NCBI GenBank assembly: GCA_002716485.1
Contig: PBBE01000005.1
Coordinates: 1 to 51,129 of the forward strand
Length of the DNA: 51,129 nucleotides
From: Actinomycetota bacterium
GTDB taxonomy: Bacteria; Margulisbacteria; Marinamargulisbacteria; GCA-2716485
Direction: 5' to 3'
Notes under the pieces: generated by a model
Database searches by the model: none
What the model was told of the DNA's origin: nothing
The model's input: only the letters and a program-made list of their open reading frames with translations
Shown: positions 35,159 through 43,041 of the stretch, piece by piece
Position numbering within the stretch: the stretch's first letter is position 1
Layout of the letters: each line of letters starts with the position of its first letter
Translations under genes and position numbers: made by a program

Positions 35159-36460
35159 CTATTGTGCCGTTTCTTTTTTGGACATCGCGACAATTTCAGT
35201 CATGTGATTCTCTGGGCCAAATACCTTGATGGGTAGGCCGAGTTGTTCACATGTTTGTTTGATATTATTGAGGCCTTCTTTATAGTTAGGGCCGCCTCGT
35301 CTCACATAAATACGGACCTTATGAGATTGTAAGGCGTCTTTATATTCAGTGAGGGCTTGGATGATTCCTTGGAATGTTTTGGCCACGTCTGTAAAGTTGG
35401 CAATGGCGCCGCCAATGAGGAGGACTTTGTCTTGCTCGATTTTCTCTCTGGTCATTAGGTCCAAGACGGTTTTGGTATAAATATAGGTCTCTTCAGTAGA
35501 CGGGTTGCCAGAGTATTCGCCATAATTGGCTAATGCGTCATATCCCCAGATACTGGCAATGGTATCTGCATATACGACAGAAGCACCACCACCGGCCACT
35601 AATGTCCATACCGGGGCACTGGTGTTAAGCAGGGTTAGTTTTAAGCTGGCTCCGGACTCTTCGTCTAGTAGTTTGATGTTACGTTCTTCAGGGCTCACTT
35701 GGGCCATTCCAAAGGATTCTTGAAACTCTAGGTTTTGCCACTTGCCAAGATTAATAAATTTGGCAGTATCGTCAAGTTTGGCAACGGCATCTAGAAAGGT
35801 TACTTGGTATTTTTGAATAATAATGGGGTTGAATTCAATGTAAGAGAAGTGCATGTCTTTGAAAAATAAATATAGATATTGGATGAATTGTAAGAAGTGA
35901 GGCGGGACTTTTCCGGCTTTTTTAAGGGTCTCTTTGATTAGATCTGAGGCGTCGTCATTGTTTGTGTCCACTGGAATACTAATGCTAGTGACTGCGTCCC
36001 AGTTTTCTTCAATGTCTACCCCACCGTTAAGGCTGATATGGATGATATCATCTGTGTCTTTGGTTTCGATGGAGACGTAATATTCATCGGACTCTTGATG
36101 ATGAAAGAATGGCTCGACTATAAATCGGGTAATATGGCCATTTTGGCCAGAGTTTAGTGTGACAGGGGCTTTGGATATGTGTTCAATCCACTCTGCTGCC
36201 TTTGATAAAGTGACGTCACCTACTTGTTTGTCTTTGAGATAAACCAGTCCGTGTTTACCACGTTTTCCGAACATCATATCGGGTTTGACAACTAACGGAG
36301 ATGTTTTTAGCCAAGAGATTTTGTTGGCCTCAGCCATGAGTTCTTCCTTGCTAGATACTAAAATAGATTTAAATTGATATCGAAATGGAGAGAAATATTG
36401 GTCCCAATGTGAGATAATCATTTTTTTGCATTGAAACTCTAAAATGCTACTTTGTGCCAT
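35159..36460 (-). CDS. aclB: ATP-citrate lyase beta subunit (ATP-grasp)
   Basis: 433 aa, collinear with the ACL N-terminal ATP-grasp/citrate-binding part (VVKPDMMFGKRGKHGLV..., FIVEPFFHH, EFNP, ANYGEYSGNPS, GGIANFTDVA, VRRGGPNY). Confidence 0.9.
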   Translation of the reverse strand: MAQSSILEFQCKKMIISHWDQYFSPFRYQFKSILVSSKEELMAEANKISWLKTSPLVVKPDMMFGKRGKHGLVYLKDKQVGDVTLSKAAEWIEHISKAPVTLNSGQNGHITRFIVEPFFHHQESDEYYVSIETKDTDDIIHISLNGGVDIEENWDAVTSISIPVDTNNDDASDLIKETLKKAGKVPPHFLQFIQYLYLFFKDMHFSYIEFNPIIIQKYQVTFLDAVAKLDDTAKFINLGKWQNLEFQESFGMAQVSPEERNIKLLDEESGASLKLTLLNTSAPVWTLVAGGGASVVYADTIASIWGYDALANYGEYSGNPSTEETYIYTKTVLDLMTREKIEQDKVLLIGGAIANFTDVAKTFQGIIQALTEYKDALQSHKVRIYVRRGGPNYKEGLNNIKQTCEQLGLPIKVFGPENHMTEIVAMSKKETAQ

Positions 36461-36488
36461 ATGATATTGCTCCTCTTTTTTTTAGTAG

Positions 36489-36521
36489 TGATAATGATAT
36501 CATTTTTGATCAACTTGTCAA
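36489..36521 (-). promoter_or_regulatory. Candidate promoter of aclBA (TTGACA-N16-TGaTATCAT on the minus strand)
   Basis: Read directly. Plus-strand TGTCAA at 36516..36521 is a perfect -35 on the minus strand. Plus-strand ATGATA at 36494..36499 reads TATCAT on the minus strand and is preceded by TGA (extended -10). A GAGGAG Shine-Dalgarno and the ATG at 36460 follow. Confidence 0.4.
36493..36504. promoter_or_regulatory. 12-bp perfect palindrome AATGATATCATT (Fur-box-like) overlapping the acl -10 element
   Basis: Read directly. The wider context GTGATAATGATATCATTTTTGATC contains GATAAT/ATCATT half-sites, like the Fur consensus GATAATGATAATCATTATC but one base shorter. Confidence 0.35.
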
Positions 36522-37010
36522 TTAGTTGCTGACGATGGATAGGAGTAGTGATGCGCCGATACCCATCCAAAGCCATTGTCGCTCTTTTTTGAGTGCGACT
36601 ATTTCAGAGGCTAATGAATTTTCTAAATGGCTAAAGTCATTTTGGAGAGTGGTTTGATCGTTATTGAGGATCTTTTGTGATTGATTAAATGAGTGGACTT
36701 GACTTAAGACGTCGGATAGTTCGTGTTTATATGTTTTAGAAAGATGACTTAGTTCTTGGAGATTACTGGTGTTTAAGTGGGGGGCTTTTGCTTGATTTTG
36801 ATGAAGCTTTTGTAAAATGAGGGCCATTTCTTTTCGTGAAATAGGGGCTTGAGGGTTGAAGTGTAGGTTGTTATGTAAATTAAAATAGCCTCTTTTAATA
36901 CTTTGGGAAATGGCATTATATTCCGGGCTAGATTTGGAAATATCGTTAATGGTATTAGCGAAAACAGATGTGCTAATGAAAAGACAGCTGAATAGAATGG
37001 CATATTTCAT
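36522..37010 (-). CDS. SLH-like domain protein with a coiled coil and a C-terminal TM anchor
   Basis: 162 aa with a signal peptide. INDISKSSPEYNAISQSIKRGYFNLHNNLHFNPQAPISRKEMALILQKL fits the S-layer-homology pattern (F.D....a...l...G......F.P...i.R.E.a.il). A Gln/Asn-rich helical part follows, then a terminal hydrophobic helix (WLWMGIGASLLLSIV). Confidence 0.45.
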   Translation of the reverse strand: MKYAILFSCLFISTSVFANTINDISKSSPEYNAISQSIKRGYFNLHNNLHFNPQAPISRKEMALILQKLHQNQAKAPHLNTSNLQELSHLSKTYKHELSDVLSQVHSFNQSQKILNNDQTTLQNDFSHLENSLASEIVALKKERQWLWMGIGASLLLSIVSN

Positions 37011-38998
37011 AAGGGGCCTCCTGAGTGACTGGAATTGGGTTTTTCTTTAGTAACGATAATATGATGACTCAGTTCAGGGATATCACTTGATCTTATTTTA
37101 ACATAGGTAGGCCCTTCTTTTAATGCTTTAAAGTGACACTTAATTAAGGGTAATAATTCGCTTGATTTGGGGATGGAAAGTTGCTGGAGGCTAATACTGC
37201 CGGGCTGAGTAATAATATGTGGTGTTTGTTTGGAGGTGTAAAGCCAAGGCTCAGGGCTTATTCGGGTGAGTTTTAGGTGAGTGGGGTCATATTGGATATG
37301 TCCTGTTAGTGAGGTAGTTTTAAAGGCGTTTTTAAGAGAAATAGAGGTGAAAAATAAATCTCCTTTTTTGATTGGTTTTTGATGACGGCGACTTTCGAAA
37401 TAGGGGGTGTTTGGGAGGCTAGGAAATGTTGCGTGGACGGCTTGTATTTGAGTTTTTTGGGAGGTGATTTCACAGCGGATATTTTTGGAAGTGCTTGGAT
37501 TGTTGGTGGCTGAGAAGACCCAGTTGAGTTCTTTTTGGCCATTGGCAGGAATGGCTTGAATATTTTTTTGGGCCAGATCAAAGGCGGCTATTTTAAGAGG
37601 GGGAGGCGTCTTAAGGGTGGCGGTTAGTGGTTTGGTGTTAAATTGGCTGGGGTTTTTTAAGATTAAGTTTGCTTGATAATGTGTGGAAGAGATGGGGGTA
37701 ATCGTGAGTTGGCTTTCTAGTGGTTGTGAGGGGAGGATAGACAGGGGCCTTTTGAGTTGATTGTTTTCTAAAAGCTGGGACTGGACCATGAGCTTGATAT
37801 GGGTTGTTTTGGCGCGTGTTTTTGAGTTGGGTTGCACAATTAATGGGACTTGGATCGTTTGGCCTTTGGGGAGTGACTTAATGGTTTGTGTTTGTTTTCC
37901 GGATAGAACTTGGATGCCTGCGGGTAATTGTAGGGTTACTTTGGTATTGGGGGCATCCAATTGAGATGTATTTGAAATGTAGGCCATGATTAAAAAAGGG
38001 TCATGAGTGACGGAGATTTCGCTAGGTGCGCTTATCCCTAGACTTAGTTCACCGGCTTGTAATGTGATCCCGCCTAGTCCGTAAACGGTTTTAAAAGTGC
38101 GGGTTTCTTTTGGTAGGATCGTTTGAGGGTCCCAGCGCAAGGCAATGGCGGTGTCGGCTTCGTTTTCGCCTGTTCGGATAAAGGGGCGTCCTTTTTTGTA
38201 CTTGAATTCCCATGGGGCATCTACGAGACTCCCCCAATTTGAGAGGGTTAGTTCATCAGGTTTGAGGATGCCTTTTTCGGGAAGATGTAGGAGTCCTTGG
38301 GCAATAATATTGGGCGAGCTGAGTTGGTCGAACGTTTGCCAATAGTCTTGGAGCTCTGATTGGGAATAGGTGATTTCATTGGTATGGGCATGTTCGCCGA
38401 TTCGAAATGGGGAGCCATCATTTTTGCCAAGCATTGTATCTAGCATGATTCTTAGTCCGACTTGATGGGGGATGTGATCGGTATTGGTAACGGTGTAGCT
38501 AATGAGTACCGCATCTTTTAGGCGTGTAAAGGGGTTTTGAAAAAAGGATAAAGATTGACTGATATTAATGGAGGTGGTGTTCGCATGACTAATGATTTCT
38601 TGAGAGTGTTTGCTTTGATGGGTAATGGGCAGATATTTAAAGGGGTGCTTGGATCGTTTTTTGAGTTTTTCTGAGGGGTTACCAAAAACAAAGGGTTGTT
38701 CATCAATTAAAAGCGTACTATATGAGGTCCAAGGGATGGGTCTGCCATAGATGAGGCTTTGGTGATCATCGTTAGTAGTTGATGGGTTTCCTTGGATGGT
38801 TTCGATGGCAAAACGGCCTTTGTCATTGGGCATATCATTGACAATGATTTTGATGAGTTGGTTTTGAATTTGTTGGGTTTGTATATTAGGGGGGCTTGTT
38901 TGGCTCGAAGGGATGGTGCTAGGTTGGGCACTCAGGGGGAATGAGTGGGTTAATAATAGGAGGCTTAATAGGAATGTTCGAGAAAGAAATTTTATCAT
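37007..38998 (-). CDS. Large secreted protein of unknown function
   Basis: 663 aa with a signal peptide (FLLSLLLLTHSFPLSA-QP) and beta-rich repeats. The C-terminal ~130 aa are faintly cohesin/Ig-like (IQYDPTHLKLTRISPEP...). It overlaps both neighbours by 4 bp. Confidence 0.5.
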   Translation of the reverse strand: MIKFLSRTFLLSLLLLTHSFPLSAQPSTIPSSQTSPPNIQTQQIQNQLIKIIVNDMPNDKGRFAIETIQGNPSTTNDDHQSLIYGRPIPWTSYSTLLIDEQPFVFGNPSEKLKKRSKHPFKYLPITHQSKHSQEIISHANTTSINISQSLSFFQNPFTRLKDAVLISYTVTNTDHIPHQVGLRIMLDTMLGKNDGSPFRIGEHAHTNEITYSQSELQDYWQTFDQLSSPNIIAQGLLHLPEKGILKPDELTLSNWGSLVDAPWEFKYKKGRPFIRTGENEADTAIALRWDPQTILPKETRTFKTVYGLGGITLQAGELSLGISAPSEISVTHDPFLIMAYISNTSQLDAPNTKVTLQLPAGIQVLSGKQTQTIKSLPKGQTIQVPLIVQPNSKTRAKTTHIKLMVQSQLLENNQLKRPLSILPSQPLESQLTITPISSTHYQANLILKNPSQFNTKPLTATLKTPPPLKIAAFDLAQKNIQAIPANGQKELNWVFSATNNPSTSKNIRCEITSQKTQIQAVHATFPSLPNTPYFESRRHQKPIKKGDLFFTSISLKNAFKTTSLTGHIQYDPTHLKLTRISPEPWLYTSKQTPHIITQPGSISLQQLSIPKSSELLPLIKCHFKALKEGPTYVKIRSSDIPELSHHIIVTKEKPNSSHSGGPL

Positions 38999-39564
38999 TG
39001 GAATGTATGGTTTAGGACGATAATATCACTTTTTTTAATGCCGTATTCTTGTTTGGGTTTAAATTTGGCTTTTTGTAAGAGGTGCCTGATATACGCGTCA
39101 TCAAGTAATGGGTATCCAGTGGATTGAATAATTTGATGCTGACTAATTTGGCCGTTTTCATTGACGGTCACTTTGACAGAGATTTGCCCCTTCCACCCTT
39201 CGTTAATGGCGGATTTAGGGGGGACGGGCTGGGGTAAGTGAATAAGCTTTGGGTGGGTTTGGTCGTCAGGATGTGCTTGAGGTTTGGTAATTTTGGGAGG
39301 GGCTTTTTGGGCTACTTTCTTGATGATTTTCTTATTTGAGACCTGTTTAGGTCGTTTCTTTTTTTTGATAGGTTTTCGGGCACTGGCTTTTTTAGGCGGG
39401 ACTGGTGGCGGGGCTTTTATACTGACTGGGATCCGATTCATTTGTTTGATTACGTCTTGATTTGTGGAGAGGTCTGCTGGGGGTGCGGGGATTAAAAAGA
39501 GGGCAGCGTGAATGGCCAGAGACAGTCCCCAGGCGATGTGGTTGTGTTGCTTGGATGGTTTCAT
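38995..39564 (-). CDS. tonB: TonB family energy transducer (copy 2)
   Basis: ORF 38995..39612; the ATG at 39564 lies 4 nt after the exbD stop. It has a TM helix (IAWGLSLAIHAALFLI), a Pro/Lys-rich spacer and a TonB_C block (EGWKGQISVKVTVNENGQI...STGYPLLDDAYI...FKP). Confidence 0.75.
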   Translation of the reverse strand: MKPSKQHNHIAWGLSLAIHAALFLIPAPPADLSTNQDVIKQMNRIPVSIKAPPPVPPKKASARKPIKKKKRPKQVSNKKIIKKVAQKAPPKITKPQAHPDDQTHPKLIHLPQPVPPKSAINEGWKGQISVKVTVNENGQISQHQIIQSTGYPLLDDAYIRHLLQKAKFKPKQEYGIKKSDIIVLNHTFQ

Positions 39565-39568
39565 GAAG

Positions 39569-39982
39569 TTAAGAAGCGCTAAAAACGGGTTGAGTTTCCA
39601 GTACAATGTCAAAGCAGCCGCCTAATCGAATGGCATCTAGTGCTTGGATGATAAGTTGGTAGGGGGTTTGGATATCAGCCTTGAGTATGATTTGTAGTGA
39701 GGGGTCCTTTTCTAAAAGGCGTTGGATCGAGTGAGGGATCGCGGAAATGGGGGTGGGTAACTGATTAAGAATCAAGGTTTTTTCTTGGTTAATTGCCAGG
39801 ATAATGTCAGGTTTTTCTTTGCTGCTGGTTTCGGCAATGGGCAGTTGTAAATTCAGTCCTTTTTGGGTAGGGATGATACTGCTACTGACCGCAAAAAAAA
39901 TCAATAAGATAAAAATAATATCGATTAATGGGGTAAGCTCAATTTTGACTTTTTGTTTGGGCCTTTGGTAAAAATCACTCAT
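39569..39982 (-). CDS. exbD: ExbD/TolR biopolymer transport protein (copy 2)
   Basis: 137 aa with the N-terminal TM segment LTPLIDIIFILLIFFAV and an ExbD-type periplasmic domain. Confidence 0.85.
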   Translation of the reverse strand: MSDFYQRPKQKVKIELTPLIDIIFILLIFFAVSSSIIPTQKGLNLQLPIAETSSKEKPDIILAINQEKTLILNQLPTPISAIPHSIQRLLEKDPSLQIILKADIQTPYQLIIQALDAIRLGGCFDIVLETQPVFSAS

Positions 39983-39985
39983 TTT

Positions 39986-40612
39986 TTATGCTTGGATATT
40001 GGATTGTTGGCAAAAATGGATCATTTCATACATGCTGCGTTCAGTTTGCATAATGAGCCGTTCTATTTTTTGACTGATGTGTTGTTGAATAAAAATTAAT
40101 GGAATGGCGATTCCGATGCCAGTTACTGTGGTGAGTAAGGCTTGTGAGATGCCACTGGAAAGGGCCGTCATATCCCCAATTTGGCCGCCTGAAATAACAT
40201 TAAAAATATCGACGAGTCCTAGCACGGTACCAAATAATCCTAAAATGGGAGCTGTTGTGATAATGCTAGAAAGTAAGGACATATGTTGGTCTAGCTTGGG
40301 GAGTTCAATATAACTGACTTCCTTGACTCCGTCTTTAATGTCTTCTTTGGGTAAATGGGAGAGCTTGATGGTTTGGGCTAATATCTTTAAAAGAACTTTG
40401 CGATGAGAGCGGAGTTCTTTTAAGGTATATGACTTTCCATATTGCAAGAGCCGTTCTTTAATTTGTTCGATAAAGGCATCATTCTTTTGGGATTGATGAT
40501 TTAGGTAGAGAAGCTTTTGGATGCAAATGAATAGACCGACAATGGAACACAGGAGTAAGGGGTACATAATGGGGCCCCCTTTTAAAAATAAAGTCATCAT
40601 AGGATAGCTCAC
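39986..40612 (-). CDS. exbB: ExbB/TolQ/MotA-family proton channel (copy 2)
   Basis: 208 aa with three TM segments. It carries the motif GLFGTVLGLVDIF...SGISQALLTTVTGI. Confidence 0.85.
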   Translation of the reverse strand: MSYPMMTLFLKGGPIMYPLLLCSIVGLFICIQKLLYLNHQSQKNDAFIEQIKERLLQYGKSYTLKELRSHRKVLLKILAQTIKLSHLPKEDIKDGVKEVSYIELPKLDQHMSLLSSIITTAPILGLFGTVLGLVDIFNVISGGQIGDMTALSSGISQALLTTVTGIGIAIPLIFIQQHISQKIERLIMQTERSMYEMIHFCQQSNIQA

Positions 40613-40696
40613 CTTCTTTGTTAGTTTGGTTCTTTAAAGACAACGGCTAATACTGAATTAAAAACGTACGAATACTACATTAAGTGTATTATTATT

Positions 40697-40725
40697 ATGC
40701 TAAATTGAAATGCTTGGCATGTCAA
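40697..40725 (-). promoter_or_regulatory. Candidate promoter for the exbB2 operon (TTGACA-N17-TAGCAT on the minus strand)
   Basis: Read directly. Plus-strand TGTCAA at 40720..40725 and ATGCTA at 40697..40702 are the reverse complements. The element lies about 85 nt upstream of the exbB2 start. Confidence 0.35.
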
Positions 40726-40750
40726 TTATTATGATGGGGATTGGTCGGGT

Positions 40751-41836
40751 CTATTCAATAGAAAGAGAGTTTAGATAGTAGATGAGTGGATAAAGGCCAG
40801 AATAATCAGTGCGATTAAATTGAAAGATTAATTTTGGTTTATCTGGGAAGTAAGGGTCTTCTTTAACGGGGGTGTTTGCAGGGGTAAAGCTGAATTTGTC
40901 GTGGGTGATAAGATGTTTGAATTCTTGGTTAATTGTCTTTAGATGAGTCTCAGAAAGAGGGTGGTTGAGCCTTAGAAAGGTGGATTGGCTAGTGTAGCGG
41001 ATGGAGTGGTAGTTATGATAGAACTGTGAGATGGTTTTTTCGACGTCATCAACAGAGTCACATATCGAAAAAATACTCATGTCGTCTTTGGAGATATACT
41101 CTTTTTCGAGTAATTCGTTTTGGACATAAGTTTTCCAATGTTGCCAATAGGATGAGTCTGGGTGGTTAATTAATATAAAGGGTCGAGGTGCACAGCGACC
41201 GGTTTGAATGAGGGTGAGTAGCTCAAATCCTTCATCATGGGTACCAAAGCCGCCAGGGAAAAGAACGGTTCCGTCAGATTCTCTGATAAAGGCTAGTTTG
41301 CGGGTAAAAAAATATTTGAATGAGATTAGCTTGCTGCTTCCTTCAATGTATTGGTTGGCCAGCTGTTCAAAAGGTAAAAGGATATTGAGGCCAAAGCTTT
41401 TGTTGAGTAAGGCACCTTTATTACCGGCTTCCATAATGCCTGGCCCGGCACCGGTGATAATCATATAGCCTTTTTTGCTTAGGGATTTGGCCGTTTGTTC
41501 GGCAAGAATATAGTTAGGGTGAGATGGCTTGCATCGTGCAGACCCAAATATGGTGATTTTTCGGACGTCACGGTAGCGTTGGAAAAGTTTGAATATGTCA
41601 CGGAACTCCTCTAGGGCAGTACTGAGTAACTTTAGGTCATTTTCTTCGACATTATGTTGTTGCATTTTGATGATGCTATGAATGCAATCGTTTAATAGTT
41701 CGGAGTCTGGAAGTGATAGGTCGCTAAGAAGCGTGCTAATTTTTTCTTTTACGAGGTTACTTGGTGCGGACTTTGTCATTGATGACGACCCTTTTTTAAG
41801 ATTTATTTTTATGGAAGATTTATTTAGGTTTAACAT
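40751..41836 (-). CDS. LOG/TIGR00730-family nucleotide 5'-monophosphate nucleosidase-like protein (PpnN-like)
   Basis: 361 aa with the motifs ITIFGSAR...ITGAGPGIMEAGNKGA and PGGFGTHDEGFELLTLIQTG. Extra N- and C-terminal regions resemble the longer PpnN-type proteins. Confidence 0.75.
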   Translation of the reverse strand: MLNLNKSSIKINLKKGSSSMTKSAPSNLVKEKISTLLSDLSLPDSELLNDCIHSIIKMQQHNVEENDLKLLSTALEEFRDIFKLFQRYRDVRKITIFGSARCKPSHPNYILAEQTAKSLSKKGYMIITGAGPGIMEAGNKGALLNKSFGLNILLPFEQLANQYIEGSSKLISFKYFFTRKLAFIRESDGTVLFPGGFGTHDEGFELLTLIQTGRCAPRPFILINHPDSSYWQHWKTYVQNELLEKEYISKDDMSIFSICDSVDDVEKTISQFYHNYHSIRYTSQSTFLRLNHPLSETHLKTINQEFKHLITHDKFSFTPANTPVKEDPYFPDKPKLIFQFNRTDYSGLYPLIYYLNSLSIE

Positions 41837-41943
41837 GAGCGGTTTTTTTCGTCAAGCATGATAGTCGTCTTGGGTGAGGGGATGATTTGCTATTTTATAT
41901 ATTCCTAAAACAAGCTACACTATGTCACTAAGAGGGGGCTGGA

Positions 41944-42978
41944 GTGAGGAAGATAATGAGTAAAAAGAGTATATTATTAGATTATTCAGCGATACAGTTG
42001 CGTGAACGGCTCAAACAAACTGAGATTCCGGCTTATGTGGGTGACCAGTGTTTGGACTGGGTTTGCCAGAAGCATCATTTGTCTTTTGATAAGATGGCCA
42101 ATATATCTAAAAAAAACCGGGCACTTCTTGCAGAGATGTTTGATGTTCATCCCTTTGCTAAAGTGGAGAAAGTGGCTGATAGTGATGATAAGGCCATTAA
42201 ATATATTTTGCATTTACATGATGGCCCTCGGGTCGAAATGGTGGTGCTAAAAGACCCACGGTATTATAGTTTGTGTGTGTCTTCCCAAAGTGGGTGTCCG
42301 GTGGATTGTAAGTTTTGTTTAACGGGTGTTCGTGGGTTTAAGCGGCAACTAAGTGTGGCAGAGATTTTGGGACAGCTATTGATTGCGTTTAGTGAGGGGT
42401 ACCCTATTTCTAGACTTATTTTTATGGGGATGGGGGAGCCTCTTTTAAATTATGAGGCTTTGATTCCTGCGTTAGCGATGATCACTTCTGAAAAAGGCTT
42501 TGGGATAGGACAGCGGAAAATCACGGTGTCTACAGTGGGGTATTTGCCAGGAGTTAAGCGATTAATTAAAGAGCAAGTGTATTTAAATTTGGCGTTTTCA
42601 GTGGGGAGTACAGATCCGTTAATACGGCGTAAGATTATGCCGATTCAGTCTCGGTTTTCTATTGCTGAAATGGCCTTGGTTTTGCATCAGTATCAAGGGA
42701 TGCATAATCGAAAGTTAACCCTTGAATATACATTATTAAAGGGCGTGAACGAGTCGGAGTTAGAGATGAAGGGGTTGATTAATTTGGCCACATACTTGGA
42801 TGCTAAGGTGAATTTAATTAACTTGAACCCTCATCCTGAAATTCCATATCAGCCGGTTTCGTCATCTCGGGTGTATCAGTTGCAAGGGCAGCTTCGTAAG
42901 AAAGGTGTGTCGGTGACAGTTCGGATGCGAAAAGGGCAAGATATTTTGGCGGCTTGTGGTCAGTTGGGTGGGGCTTAG
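41944..42978 (+). CDS. rlmN: 23S rRNA/tRNA m2A methyltransferase, radical SAM
   Basis: 344 aa (GTG at 41944; alternative ATG at 41956). It has the radical-SAM motif CPVDCKFCLTG, plus GMGEPLLNY and the C-terminal CGQL. It is collinear with RlmN. Confidence 0.9.
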   Translation: MRKIMSKKSILLDYSAIQLRERLKQTEIPAYVGDQCLDWVCQKHHLSFDKMANISKKNRALLAEMFDVHPFAKVEKVADSDDKAIKYILHLHDGPRVEMVVLKDPRYYSLCVSSQSGCPVDCKFCLTGVRGFKRQLSVAEILGQLLIAFSEGYPISRLIFMGMGEPLLNYEALIPALAMITSEKGFGIGQRKITVSTVGYLPGVKRLIKEQVYLNLAFSVGSTDPLIRRKIMPIQSRFSIAEMALVLHQYQGMHNRKLTLEYTLLKGVNESELEMKGLINLATYLDAKVNLINLNPHPEIPYQPVSSSRVYQLQGQLRKKGVSVTVRMRKGQDILAACGQLGGA

Positions 42979-43041
42979 GGGGCGGATGAAAAAGGGCTTT
43001 ACTTCAATTCAAAGATCCGCTAAACTTTTTTAAGATTTATT

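Noticed and set aside
36441-36460. TGGCAC...AGCA on the minus strand, resembling a sigma-54 -24/-12 element.
   Set aside because: It is the first codons of aclB (ATG GCA CAA AGT AGC), and the GG-to-GC spacing is one base too short.
42982-43030. GCGGAT...ATCCGC inverted repeat followed by a T-run after rlmN, as a possible terminator.
   Set aside because: The stem is only 6 bp with a ~25-nt loop, and the T-run is separated by TAAAC. This is too weak to call.
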